Assembly (NCBI GenBank): GCA_965216945.1
Contig: CBDCGU010000003.1
Location: 3,868 to 67,867, forward strand
Length of the DNA: 64,000 nt
Reading direction: 5' to 3'
Source of the DNA: Acidimicrobiia bacterium
GTDB lineage: Bacteria; Actinomycetota; Acidimicrobiia; Spongiisociales; UBA5794
Shown here: positions 47,363 through 58,537 of the stretch, in pieces
Position numbering within the stretch: the first letter of the stretch is position 1
Layout: every line of letters starts with the position of its first letter
Made by a program: the position numbers and the translations under genes
Notes under the pieces: model-generated
The model's input: the letters and a program-made list of their open reading frames with translations, nothing else
What the model was told of the DNA's origin: nothing
Databases searched by the model: none

Positions 47363-48391
47363 ATGAGCAGCGGCACACGACAGACAGCCTTCCAGACACT
47401 GCTCGCCACCGGCAACGTGCTGGTGGCGGATGGCGGGATGGGCACGTCGCTGTTCTCGCTCGGCCTCGCCAACGGCGAGTCTCCGGAGCTGCTCAACGTT
47501 GCCGAGCCCGACATCGTGGTGAAGGCCCACCGCGGGTTCGTCGAGGCCGGCGCCGACATCATCCTGACCAATACGTTCGGAGGGAACCGGCGCCGTCTGG
47601 CACTCCACCAGCTGCAGGACAAGGTGGCAGAGCTCAATGCCGCGGCGGTCGATGTGGCTCGTGAAGCTGCGGCCCTCGGTGACCGCCCGGTGGCCGTTGC
47701 CGGCAGCATTGGACCTACCGGCGATCTCATCGCGCCCCTCGGTGAGCTCTCGTGGGACGAAGCCGTCTCCGTCTTCTCCGAGCAGGCTCGATCCCTTGCT
47801 GGATCCGGAGTCGATGTGCTGTGGATCGAGACCATGTCCAGTGTCGAGGAGCTCTCGGCGGCTTTCGATGCGACCGATGGCATCGATCTGCCCGTGGTCA
47901 CCACGATGAGCTTCGACACGAACGGCAGCACGATGATGGGGGTCGCCCCGGCGCAACTCGCTCGCTGGTCGCGGGACGCCGCGCGCGGCCCGGCGGCGTT
48001 GGGCGCCAACTGCGGCATCGGGCCCGGCGACGTGCTGGCGGCGGTTCACGACATCGTGCAGACGGCACCCGGAAGCGTCGTCGTGGCCAAGGCCAATGCC
48101 GGGATTCCCGCCTACACCAAGACGGGTGGCCTCACGTACCCGACGGCAGCCGTGGACATGGTCGACTACGCCCGGCTGGCGATCGGTGTCGGTGCACGCA
48201 TCATCGGAGGTTGCTGCGGATCGACCCCCGACCATCTCTCATCGATCCGGGAGGTCGTGGACACGGTGGACATGGGAGAGGCGGCCGCCGATCTCACCGC
48301 GATCGAGGCTCGGTTCGGCACCAGCGGCCCGGTGGCGCAGGCGTCGCGGGAGCGGCGCAACCGGCGGCGGACGTCGCGCCGGTCGGCCTGA
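47363..48391 (+). CDS. Homocysteine S-methyltransferase family protein (betaine--homocysteine methyltransferase-like)
   Basis: Pfam S-methyl_trans-type fold: VLVADGGMGTSLF...DIILTNTFGGN...GANCGIGP...GGCCGSTPDHL (zinc/homocysteine-binding Cys triad). GGAGACGG RBS. Confidence 0.7.
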   Translation: MSSGTRQTAFQTLLATGNVLVADGGMGTSLFSLGLANGESPELLNVAEPDIVVKAHRGFVEAGADIILTNTFGGNRRRLALHQLQDKVAELNAAAVDVAREAAALGDRPVAVAGSIGPTGDLIAPLGELSWDEAVSVFSEQARSLAGSGVDVLWIETMSSVEELSAAFDATDGIDLPVVTTMSFDTNGSTMMGVAPAQLARWSRDAARGPAALGANCGIGPGDVLAAVHDIVQTAPGSVVVAKANAGIPAYTKTGGLTYPTAAVDMVDYARLAIGVGARIIGGCCGSTPDHLSSIREVVDTVDMGEAAADLTAIEARFGTSGPVAQASRERRNRRRTSRRSA

Positions 48392-48395
48392 GAGC

Positions 48396-48680
48396 TCAGC
48401 GGTAGAACTCGACGTCGAACAGGACCGGGCCGTCGAATGCGAGGTGGTGTGGCCGGCCTGGGGGAATGTCCACGCAGCGGCCGCTCTCGACTCGGATGAC
48501 GCCCGTTGCGTCATCCTCGAACCGGAAGAGCAACGCTCCGTCGTGGACGATGAGCCGGCCCCACACCCCGTCGGCGATACGGTGCGCCTTGCGGAACCCT
48601 GCGGGGGCGCTGGTTTCGTCGAACCGAGACGTCGTCCGCACATGCTCGAGACCGGGCGGCATCGTGGGATGGTCGCTCAC
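48396..48680 (-). CDS. DUF1971-domain (cupin-like, TehB N-terminal-type) small protein
   Basis: 94 aa (...GVWGRLIVHDGALLFRFEDDATGVIRVESGRCVDIPPGRPHHL...). Confidence 0.5.
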   Translation of the reverse strand: MSDHPTMPPGLEHVRTTSRFDETSAPAGFRKAHRIADGVWGRLIVHDGALLFRFEDDATGVIRVESGRCVDIPPGRPHHLAFDGPVLFDVEFYR

Positions 48681-48687
48681 GGCCCCG

Positions 48688-49637
48688 TCATGCCGATCGG
48701 GCTCGTCGCAGCACGACGTCGATCGGAGTCGCCTCCATGTCGCCGAGCTCCTGGACGTACTCGTAGCCGAAGCGTCCCTTGATGCACAGGTGGCCGTTGG
48801 TCACCGAGTGATCGATCGGTGAGGTGACCTTGACGATCCGGTTGTCTTGCACGTGCAGGTCCAGATTGCACCCGACACCGCAGTAGGAGCACACGGTCCG
48901 GGTCACCGTCTGCTCCTCCTCGTTCCACATGTCCGCTTCACGCAGCTCGTACTCCGATCGGAACATCAATGCCCCGGTCGGGCACACCCCGATGCAGTTG
49001 CCACAGAACACACAGGCAGAATCGGTCAGGCCCGTGTCGAACTCTGTGGAGATACGGGCGTCGAACCCACGGCCGGCAACACCGAGCGCAAAGGTGTTCT
49101 GCGCCTCGGTCCCGCATGCCTGGACACACTTGTAACAGAGGATGCATTTGGAGTAGTCGCGCACATAGAGCTCGTTGTCGATCTTCACCGGCTGCGCGAC
49201 GGAGGCGGCCTGCTCGCCGTCTGGCGGAGCGTGATGACCGGGATGGCGGTGGTCGCGATCGTCCTGGGCGGGCTGTGCCGGGCCAAACCGATCAGGATCG
49301 GCTCCGTAGTCGTCGATCCACGCCTTGGTCGATGCATCGACGAGATCCATGTCGACGGAGGAGCCGAGCAGTTCGAAGACGAGCTTGCGGGAATGCCGCA
49401 CCCGCTCGCTGTCGGTGTGCACCACCATTCCCTCCTCGACGGGTCGGGAGCAGGACGGCACCAGCGCCCGTGAGCCCTCCACCTCGACCACACAGACCCG
49501 GCACACGTTGACCGGCGTCAGGTTGTCGAGGTAGCAGAGCGTGGGCTGCTCGCGGCCCATGCTCCGGCAGGCGTCGAGGATGGTCGAGCCCTCGGGCACG
49601 GCGGTCCCCGCCCCGTCGATGGTGACATGGACTTCCG

Positions 49638-49641
<4 letters not shown>
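48688..49641 (-). CDS. Formate dehydrogenase Fe-S subunit (NuoG/HylA-like): [2Fe-2S] ferredoxin + 2x[4Fe-4S] + Molybdop_Fe4S4 domain, lacking the molybdopterin catalytic domain
   Basis: ATG 49641 (MTEVHVTIDGAG...), overlapping the nuoEF-like stop (ATGA). 2Fe-2S region CYLDNLTPVNVCRVCVVEV. Ferredoxin CxxCxxCxxxCP motifs. C-terminal CSYCGVGCNLDLHVQDNRIVKVTSPIDHSVTNGHLCIKGRFGYEYV equals the N-terminal Fe4S4 domain of FdhF-type enzymes. Confidence 0.75.
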
Positions 49642-51410
<1,769 letters not shown>

Positions 51411-51424
51411 CAGCTTGAGGTCCA

Positions 51425-53317
51425 CTAGGCCACCGTTTCGATGCGCACTGCGGTGGCTTTGAACTCTGCGGTACCCGACTTCGGGTCCCACACGTCGATC
51501 GTGAGCTCGTTGACGTCGGCTTCGTCGGGGAAGTGGAAGGCCATGAACGCAAGCCCGGGGCGAAGCGACTCGTGGAACCATACGGGTACGTCGATGCTGC
51601 CTCGCCGCGATGTCACTCGGACGATGTCCCCTTCGGTCACGCCGAGGGTCGCTCCGTCCTCGGGTGCGACCTCGATGATGCCACCGTGGCGAATCGGCGA
51701 TCGGTAGCGGCCGGACTGAACGCCGGTGTTGTACGAGTCGAGCCGGCGGCCGGTCGTGAGGCGGATGGGGAAGTCGTCGCTCAGCTCATCGACCGGAGGC
51801 ACCCACTCGGTCGGTATGAACGGTGCGGGATCTCGTGGCATCGGATCTTCCCACAGCCACCCATGGAGGTACTGGGTTCCGGGATGACTCTCGTCGGGAC
51901 ATGGCCATTGCAGCCCGCCCAGCTCTTCGAGGCGGCGGTACGACATCCCGCCGTGCATCGGTGACAGGCTGCGACATTCGTCCCACACCTCCTCGGCCGT
52001 CGGGATGCCCCAGCCGACCCCGAGCCGTTCTGCGAGCAGGCTGATGATCTCGAGGTCGTCCTTGGCATCTCCCGGCGGGTCGAGTGCCTTGCGAACGCGC
52101 TGCACCCGTCGCTCGGACGACGTCACGGTTCCCTCGCTCTCCGCCCAGCCGGCGGCAGCAGGGAGGACCACGTCGGCCATCTCGGCGGTCTTGGTGAGGA
52201 ACATGTCCTGCACGATGATGAAGTCGAGGCCGTCGAGGATCTTGCGGATGTGCCCTACGTCGGCCTCCGACTGTGCCGGGTTCTCGCCGATGCAATACAG
52301 CGCGTTGATCTCGCCGCGCTCCATGGCTTCGAACATGAGCGAGATGTGGAGCCCGTTCCGCGGCGGGATGGGATGCCCCCAGAGAGCCTCGAACTTGCCG
52401 CGGATCTCGGCATCTTCGACGTTCTGGAACCCGGGGAGCTTGTTGGGGAGCGCCCCCATGTCCCCGCCGCCTTGCACGTTGTTCTGGCCGCGGATCGGAA
52501 CGAGCCCTGATCCGTAACGTCCGACGTGTCCTGTGAGCATCGCCAGGTTGATGAGCGCCAGGACGTTGTCGGTGGCGTTGTGATGCTCGGTGATCCCCAG
52601 CGTCCAGCAGATCTGTGCGGAGCCTGCGGTCGCGTAGGCATGGGCCATCTCCTTGATGGCCGCAGCCGGCACACCGGTGACCTGCTCGGCCCGGTGCAAC
52701 GTCCACTCGTCGACCGTCGTGCGATACGCCTCGTAGCCAGAGGTGGAGTGCGCGATGAACTCCTCGTTCTGCAGCCCGGCGTCGATGATCTCCCGACCGA
52801 CGGCATTGGCCAGGGCGATGTCCGACCCGACATCCAGCCCGAGCCACATCTCGGCCCAGGCCGACGAGGTCGTGCGCCGAGGATCGACCGCAAACAACCT
52901 CGCACCGTTACGCACACCCTTGAGAAGGTGGTGAAAGAAGATCGGGTGCGCTTCGCGCGCGTTGGATCCCCACAGCAAGATGACGTCTGTGGTCTCGATC
53001 TCCTCGTAGGAGGAGGTGCCTCCTCCTGCTCCCAGCACTGCCGCCAGACCGGCGACGGAGGGAGCGTGTCAGGTGCGGTTGCACGAGTCGATGTTGTTCG
53101 AGCCCATGGCAATCCGGGAGAACTTCTGTGCGAGGAAGTTCATCTCGTTCGTCGCCTTCGAGCACGAGAACATTCCGTAGGACTGGCCGTCGTGCCGCCG
53201 CAATCCCGTCGCTGCGGCATCGAGCGCCTCGTCCCACGACGCGGCCACCAGGTCACCCTTCCGCCGCACCAGCGGGGTGGTCAACCGTCCACGCTGCATT
53301 CCGTCACCTCCTTCCAC
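51425..53317 (-). CDS. fdhA: Formate dehydrogenase catalytic (molybdopterin) subunit, selenocysteine-containing (TGA at 53069-53071 read as Sec)
   Basis: ORFs 53069..53317 and 51425..53038 share one frame and are separated by a single TGA. The joined translation ...FSRIAMGSNNIDSCNRT-U-HAPSVAGLAAVLGAGGGTSSYEEIETTDVILLWGSNAREAHPIFFHH aligns with E. coli FdhF ...GTNNVDCCARV-U-HGPSVAGLHQSVGNGAMSNAINEIDNTDLVFVFGYNPADSHPIVANH. The downstream sequence is a full MopB formate-dehydrogenase domain (VRGQNNVQGGGDMGALPNKLPGFQ...). The N-terminal Fe4S4 domain is absent from this gene. Confidence 0.8.
53040..53056 (-). promoter_or_regulatory. SECIS-like hairpin downstream of the fdhA UGA (GUCGCC-GGUCU-GGCGGC)
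   Basis: mRNA UGA CACGCUCCCUCC GUCGCC GGUCU GGCGGC: a 6-bp stem begins 12 nt after the UGA. The apical loop GGUCU is identical to the GGUC(U) loop of the E. coli fdhF SECIS. Confidence 0.5.
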
Positions 53318-53449
53318 TCTCGACTCTCAGAAATCTAGTGACTCACCTTCGCCGTGCTGGCGAAGCAGGCGCCGACGCCCGCAGCCGGCCCACCCCCTCC
53401 CGGTGCGAAGCGGGGCAGTGTGGGAAAGAGGTGCTGCCGAGGGCGACAG

Positions 53450-55246
53450 TCAGAACAATCCGACGACGTTGCCGTCCTCGTCGATATCGACATTCATGTA
53501 CGCAGGCTTCGTGCCGAGACCCGGCATGGTTCGCATCTCGCCGAGCAGCGGGTAGATGAAGCCGGCACCGACAGATGCGCGCACCTCCCGCACCGGCACC
53601 GTGAAGCCAGAAGGTGCGCCCTTCAGCGCCGGATCGTGAGAGATCGACAGATGGGTCTTCGCCATGCAGATCGGCAGATACCCGAATCCGGACCGCTCGA
53701 ACTCGGCGATCTGCCGCTCGGCGACCGGGGCGTATTCCACCTCGGCGGCTCCATAGATCTGCGTCGCGATCGCCTCGATCTTCTCCTTGATCGACCTGTC
53801 GAGCGGGTAGAGGAATCCGAACTTGGATGGCTCCTCGCACGCCTGCTCGACGGCAGCAGCGAGCTCCAACGCACCTTTGCCGCCCTCGGCCCAGTGGTTC
53901 GATCGCACGGCGGAGGAGGCGCCCGCATCCATCGCCGCCTCTTGGATGAGCTCCATCTCGCGCCGGGTGTCTGTCGGGAACTGGTTCACCGCAACCACCA
54001 CGGGCACGCCAAATCGACGGGCGTTGGCGACATGTGCCTTCAGATTGGAGAGCCCGGCGCGGAGCAGAGCGAGATTCTCCTCCGTGTAGGCCTTGTCGAG
54101 CGGTCTACCCGGCACGACCTTGGGACCGCCGCCGTGCGTCTTCAGGGCCCGCACCGTCGCCACCAAGACCACGCAGTCCGGCTTGAGGCCGGAGACCCGG
54201 CACTTGATGTCGAAGAACTTCTCCATACCCATGTCGGCACCGAAGCCGGATTCGGTCACGACGTAGTCCCCGATGTGGAGCGCCACCCTGTCGGCGAGGA
54301 TCGAGGAGTTGCCGTGGGCGATATTGGCGAACGGACCCGCATGGACGAAAGCGAGCTGCCCCTCGAGCGTCTGCATGATCGTCGGGTGGAGCGTCTCCTT
54401 CATCAGGACGGCGACTGCTCCGGCGACACCGACGTCCTCGAGTGTCACCGGCTCGTTGCTCTTCGAGGTGCCGATGACGACCCGCCCACAACGTTCGCGG
54501 AAGTTGCGCAGCGCCGAGGCATAGTCGGACCCGTCGACGAGGGCCAAGATCGCCATCAGCTCCGAAGCCACGGTGATGTCGTAACCGGTCTCACGCGGTC
54601 GCCCGTCCGCCGAGCCGCCGAGCCCGATGATCGTGTTACGGAGTGCCCGGTCGTTGACATCGACGACACGACGCCACGAGATCCTGTTGGGATCGAGGGA
54701 GATCCGTTCGAGCCCGAGTGCGGCGAGCCGGTCGTCGGTGAGCCTTCCCTCGTGGTACCAGCGGGCATCGATCGCGGCCGCAACGAGGTTGTGGGCCACC
54801 GAGATGGCATGCATGTCGCCCGTGAGATGGAGGTTGAACTCGTCCATGGGGATCACCTGGGAGTAGCCGCCACCGGCGGCACCACCCTTGATCCCGAACG
54901 TCGGGCCCATCGACGGCTGGCGGATGGCGGCGATCGCCTTGTGCCCGCGCCGCCCGAGCCCCTGGACGAGACCGATCGTCGTCGTGGTCTTGCCCTCGCC
55001 GAGTGGCGTGGGAGTGATCGCCGTGACGTCGACGTACTTGCCGTGCGGGTTGGCGCCGATTCTCTTGAGAGCGTCGAGGTGGACCTTGGCCTTTGTCGTG
55101 CCGAAGGCGATCAGGTCGTCGTCCTCGAGACCATGCCGACGGGCGACGTCGAAGATCGGCTCGACGGTCGCCTGCTGTGCGATCTCGAGATCGCTGGGAA
55201 CCCCGCTCATGGTTTCTCCGCGGTTGGTGAATCGGGCCGGGAGCAC
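53450..55246 (-). CDS. fhs: Formate--tetrahydrofolate ligase
   Basis: 598 aa FTHFS over the full length (TPTPLGEGKTTTTIGL...AVNQFPTDT...). Its stop is 130 nt upstream of the fdhA start. Confidence 0.9.
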   Translation of the reverse strand: MLPARFTNRGETMSGVPSDLEIAQQATVEPIFDVARRHGLEDDDLIAFGTTKAKVHLDALKRIGANPHGKYVDVTAITPTPLGEGKTTTTIGLVQGLGRRGHKAIAAIRQPSMGPTFGIKGGAAGGGYSQVIPMDEFNLHLTGDMHAISVAHNLVAAAIDARWYHEGRLTDDRLAALGLERISLDPNRISWRRVVDVNDRALRNTIIGLGGSADGRPRETGYDITVASELMAILALVDGSDYASALRNFRERCGRVVIGTSKSNEPVTLEDVGVAGAVAVLMKETLHPTIMQTLEGQLAFVHAGPFANIAHGNSSILADRVALHIGDYVVTESGFGADMGMEKFFDIKCRVSGLKPDCVVLVATVRALKTHGGGPKVVPGRPLDKAYTEENLALLRAGLSNLKAHVANARRFGVPVVVAVNQFPTDTRREMELIQEAAMDAGASSAVRSNHWAEGGKGALELAAAVEQACEEPSKFGFLYPLDRSIKEKIEAIATQIYGAAEVEYAPVAERQIAEFERSGFGYLPICMAKTHLSISHDPALKGAPSGFTVPVREVRASVGAGFIYPLLGEMRTMPGLGTKPAYMNVDIDEDGNVVGLF

Positions 55247-55266
55247 CCTAGCGCACAGTGTGCTGC

Positions 55267-55294
55267 GATACGGGACGGTCCCGCATCGTGGTAC
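55267..55294. promoter_or_regulatory. Conserved 28-nt cis-element GATACGGGACGGTCCCGCATCGTGGTAC (copy 2) upstream of fhs, divergent from the MFS gene
   Basis: 24/28 identity with 40399-40426. Contains the palindromes CGGGAC-G-GTCCCG and GTCCCGC-ATC-GTGGTAC. Confidence 0.5.
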
Positions 55295-55415
55295 GAACCG
55301 TCAGACCGAGATGGCCGAGAAGGTGTGGACACAGGGTCACCTGCGGCGATAGTCTCCCGGGCCCATCGCAACGACGTGGGACGGGCTCGAGATCCGGCGG
55401 ACCCGAGAGAGCGCG

Positions 55416-56795
55416 ATGACAGGCGTCGTCGTGCGGGCAACCGGCTCCCTGTCCGTGAGGACAGCTCTCTTGTCGCCGGGAGGCGTCGTGGGCATCGACC
55501 AGCGTCCCGCACCGGGCCATCGCAACACAACAACCACTGCCGCCCTCGGCTCGTGGGGCTTGCTGCTGGCAGTGTTGTTCCTCCAGTTGGGGAACGGTCT
55601 CCTGGGCACCGTCATCGGGCTCAGATCTGAGATCGCCGGGTTCGGCGACGGCGCGATCGGTCTCATCCTCTCCGGGTACTACACGGGCTTCCTGCTCGGC
55701 GCCATCGTCGTGCCGAAGTTCGTTGGCTCGGTCGGCCACATCCGCGTGTACGCCGCCCTCGCCTCCCTGGCCAGCACGGCTGCGCTCGTCTATGCGCTGA
55801 GCGACGATCCCATGCTGTGGTTCTTCATGCGGGTCGTGGGCGGGTTCGCCCTCTCCGGGCTGTACATCGTCGCCGAGAGCTGGCTCAACGATCAATCCAC
55901 CAACGAGACGAGGGGACGGCTCCTCTCGGTGTACATGATCGTGGTCATGGGCGGCATCGCCGCAAGCCAGCTCCTGCTCACGGTCGCGGACCCCGAGGGT
56001 GCCAGTCTCTTCATCTTGTCGTCGATCTTGGTCTCCCTCGCGGTCGTTCCCGTCACGCTCTCGGTCGGCTCGGCGCCAAGATTCGAATGGGCACCACGGT
56101 TGCCGGTCCGGGAGATCTGGAAGGCGGCACCCGCCGGCGTCGTCGGCGGCTTCGGCGCCGGAATCACCAACGGCGGCATCATGGCGATCGGGGCGGTCTA
56201 TGCGGCTCGCGTGGGGATGTCGGTCGATCGCATCGCCATCTTCATGGGCCTGCTGATCCTCGGCTCCGTCGTCCTGCAGTGGCCGATTGGTGCGATGTCG
56301 GACCGGATCCGCCGCAGGGTGGCCCTGCTCCTGGTTTCGCTGGCCGCCGCCCTCGTCGCCGCCGCCAATGCGCTGGTGGACCCGCTGAGCTCTGCCGCAC
56401 TCCTGGCGATCTTCACGTTCGGTGGACTCACTTTCCCGATGTATTCACTGTCACTCAGCCACATCAACGACCATGTCCCGGTCGGCACCACGATCTCCGT
56501 CAGCGCGGTCTACGTGTTCATCAGCGGCATCGGGGCGATCGTGGGGCCTCTGGCCGCCTCGGCCACGATGTCGGCCAGTGGCCCCGCCGGGGTGTTCTGG
56601 CTGATGTGTGGCGTTCACCTGGCCGTTGGACTCTTCGCCGCGGGCCGGATCCGTCTGCGGCACGGGCTGCCCGTGGACGCCCAGCGCCGCTATGCCCTCG
56701 TCCCGGCACGTGCGGGAGCGATGATCATCCACCTCGCCCGTCGTCGCCGCCGCTCCCCCGACTCGAACGGTGGAGGGCCGGCAGCCGACGGCTGA
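55416..56795 (+). CDS. MFS transporter
   Basis: 459 aa with 12 predicted TM helices and an MFS-like duplicated 6-TM pattern. Start uncertain. Confidence 0.6.
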   Translation: MTGVVVRATGSLSVRTALLSPGGVVGIDQRPAPGHRNTTTTAALGSWGLLLAVLFLQLGNGLLGTVIGLRSEIAGFGDGAIGLILSGYYTGFLLGAIVVPKFVGSVGHIRVYAALASLASTAALVYALSDDPMLWFFMRVVGGFALSGLYIVAESWLNDQSTNETRGRLLSVYMIVVMGGIAASQLLLTVADPEGASLFILSSILVSLAVVPVTLSVGSAPRFEWAPRLPVREIWKAAPAGVVGGFGAGITNGGIMAIGAVYAARVGMSVDRIAIFMGLLILGSVVLQWPIGAMSDRIRRRVALLLVSLAAALVAAANALVDPLSSAALLAIFTFGGLTFPMYSLSLSHINDHVPVGTTISVSAVYVFISGIGAIVGPLAASATMSASGPAGVFWLMCGVHLAVGLFAAGRIRLRHGLPVDAQRRYALVPARAGAMIIHLARRRRRSPDSNGGGPAADG

Positions 56796-56822
56796 CGGCT
56801 CACGGCTGACGGCCGGAGCCAC

Positions 56823-57572
56823 TCACTGCTCTGCGCGATGCGCATCCGTCAGGCTGGCCGCGACGTCGGCAACCCGCTCGCCGATCGCATCCGGATCGCG
56901 ACCACCGGGGAACCTATATGCGGGTCCGTGAATACCAATGGCGCCGATGATCCCTGTCCTGCCGAGGACCGGCGCCGCGACCGAATGGAGCTCCTCGGTG
57001 AGCTCGCCGTGCGCCCATGCATACCCCTGGCGCCGGACGCTCTCCATGCGGGAGACGATGGCGTCAGGATCGGTGACGGAGTGTGACGTCGCCACCTCGA
57101 GGGGCCCCGCGAGCACACGTTGCACGACGGCGACCGGCGAGTGCGCCAGGATCGCAAGTCCGGCGGGCACGAGGTGATAGGGGGCGACCGTGCCGGTCCA
57201 GTCCCTCACCAGGATCGAGTTGTCGGCCGACTCTTGCGCCACGTAGTGGACACCGGAGCGCACCGGGACGCTCACCCCGGCATCTTCCCCGAACTCCTGA
57301 GCGAGTGTGCGTAGGTAGGGCCGGGCGTGCTGGACGAAGTCCGCAGTCGTCGTGCCGTCGCTGACGAGGCTGCGCACCATGTCCCCGATCCGGTAGGTCC
57401 CGTCATCCTCGTCGCGATCGACGGCGCCGATCGACGTGAGCGTGTTGAGGAGGCGCGCCACCGTCGACTTCGGGAGGTCGACCTCATCGGCGATCTCGGT
57501 GAGACCCTTGCCCGAGGTCGCAACCCGCTCGAGGATCAGAAAGGCCCGATCGATCGATTGCACTCTGCTCAT
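56823..57572 (-). CDS. IclR-family transcriptional regulator
   Basis: ATG 57572 (MSRVQSIDRAFLILERVA...LTEIADEVDLPKSTVARLLNTL...), HTH plus IclR effector domain. The longer ORF from 57632 would run across the palindromic site at 57595-57611. Confidence 0.7.
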   Translation of the reverse strand: MSRVQSIDRAFLILERVATSGKGLTEIADEVDLPKSTVARLLNTLTSIGAVDRDEDDGTYRIGDMVRSLVSDGTTTADFVQHARPYLRTLAQEFGEDAGVSVPVRSGVHYVAQESADNSILVRDWTGTVAPYHLVPAGLAILAHSPVAVVQRVLAGPLEVATSHSVTDPDAIVSRMESVRRQGYAWAHGELTEELHSVAAPVLGRTGIIGAIGIHGPAYRFPGGRDPDAIGERVADVAASLTDAHRAEQ

Positions 57573-57594
57573 TGCGACACCGCCATGCGGCACG

Positions 57595-57611
57595 GTACCA
57601 CATCGTGGAAC
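57595..57611. promoter_or_regulatory. Near-perfect 7-3-7 palindrome GTACCAC-ATC-GTGGAAC at the iclR promoter/5' end
   Basis: Same consensus as the sites at 40575-40591 and 55278-55294. Located 23 nt upstream of the preferred iclR start, a candidate autoregulatory operator. Confidence 0.45.
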
Positions 57612-57700
57612 AGGCCCCCAGGGGGTCTCCACTCGGCCCTCGTGAAGCTCTTCACAAAGAGGACATATGGCCCTAGATGCATATGCACGAGAGGCAGAAC

Positions 57701-57736
57701 ATGCATCAGATGCATCGCATGCATCAGATGCAGCAG
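57701..57736 (+). repeat. Tandem 9-nt ATGCATCRS reiteration (ATGCATCAG ATGCATCGC ATGCATCAG ATGCAGCAG) at the 5' end/leader of the HTH-PocR gene
   Basis: Four head-to-tail units, each containing the palindromic ATGCAT. If translated they give a His/Met-rich N-terminus (MHQMHRMHQMQQ). Confidence 0.5.
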
Positions 57737-57754
57737 AGACTGGACCAAGCCTCC

Positions 57755-58537
57755 ATGAGCACGCTTCTCACCACCAAAGACCTCCAAGCGATGATCCACG
57801 TCGACAAGTCCACGATCTACCGGATGGCGGAGGACGGCAGGCTCCCGGCCATCAAGGTTGGGCGCCAGTGGCGCTTTCCCGCCGACGCCGTCGAGGCGGT
57901 GCTCGGCAACGGCGTTGTCTCCCACGCCGCGACTCGCGAGGTCGATCCACGACCGACCGACCTCGCCGCGCTCCTGGCGCCCGAAGCTGCGCAGGCCATC
58001 GCCGATCTCGCGGCCGACCTGTTCGGGGTCATGGCCATCGTCACCGACATCGACGGCAACCCACTGACCGATGTGGCCAACCCCTGTGGCTACTTCGCCG
58101 CCATACACGATCAGCCCGGGGCAGTGTCCGGATGCATCGACGGTTGGCGGCAGCTGGCGGACGAGATCGACATCGAGCCCCGTTTCATGCCGAGCCAGCT
58201 CGGTTTTCTCTGCGCCCGCACGTTCATTCGCGTCGGATCGGAGCTCGTCGGCATGCTCATCGTCGGCGGCGTGACCCCCGGCAGCTGGCCCCCGGAGCCG
58301 CAGTTCCTCGAGAAGCTGGCCGGCGAGCTGGAGCTTCCCGTCTCGCTTCTCGTCGACCACGTCGACGAGACGTACTACCTCGACGCGGCGCACCAGCAAT
58401 GGGTGGTCGGTCTGCTGCCCCGCTTCAGCGACCTGATCTCGCGCCTCGCCACCGCCCGCAGCCAACTCTTGTCAAAGCTGGATGCCATCGCCGCCCTCGC
58501 CGGGGCAGCGACATCAACACAAAGGAGCACACAGTGA
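57755..58537 (+). CDS. Transcriptional regulator: excisionase/MerR-type HTH (HTH_17) + PocR-like sensory domain
   Basis: LTTKDLQAMIHVDKSTIYRMAEDGRLPAIKVGRQWRF (HTH_17), followed by a PocR-type ligand-binding region. Start is either ATG 57755 or ATG 57677, which would include the His/Met-rich repeat. Confidence 0.55.
   Translation: MSTLLTTKDLQAMIHVDKSTIYRMAEDGRLPAIKVGRQWRFPADAVEAVLGNGVVSHAATREVDPRPTDLAALLAPEAAQAIADLAADLFGVMAIVTDIDGNPLTDVANPCGYFAAIHDQPGAVSGCIDGWRQLADEIDIEPRFMPSQLGFLCARTFIRVGSELVGMLIVGGVTPGSWPPEPQFLEKLAGELELPVSLLVDHVDETYYLDAAHQQWVVGLLPRFSDLISRLATARSQLLSKLDAIAALAGAATSTQRSTQ

Noticed and set aside
53069-53317. 82-aa and 121-aa ORF fragments (53069..53317 and 30532..30897) as pseudogene remnants
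   Set aside because: Each is followed in the same frame, after a single TGA, by the remainder of a well-conserved protein, at exactly the known Sec (fdhF) or catalytic Cys (thioredoxin) position, with a downstream hairpin. Selenocysteine read-through is a better explanation than gene decay. They are reported instead as Sec candidates.
53354-55630. 758-aa plus-strand ORF
   Set aside because: Antisense to fhs (53450-55246), which matches formate--THF ligase over its full length.
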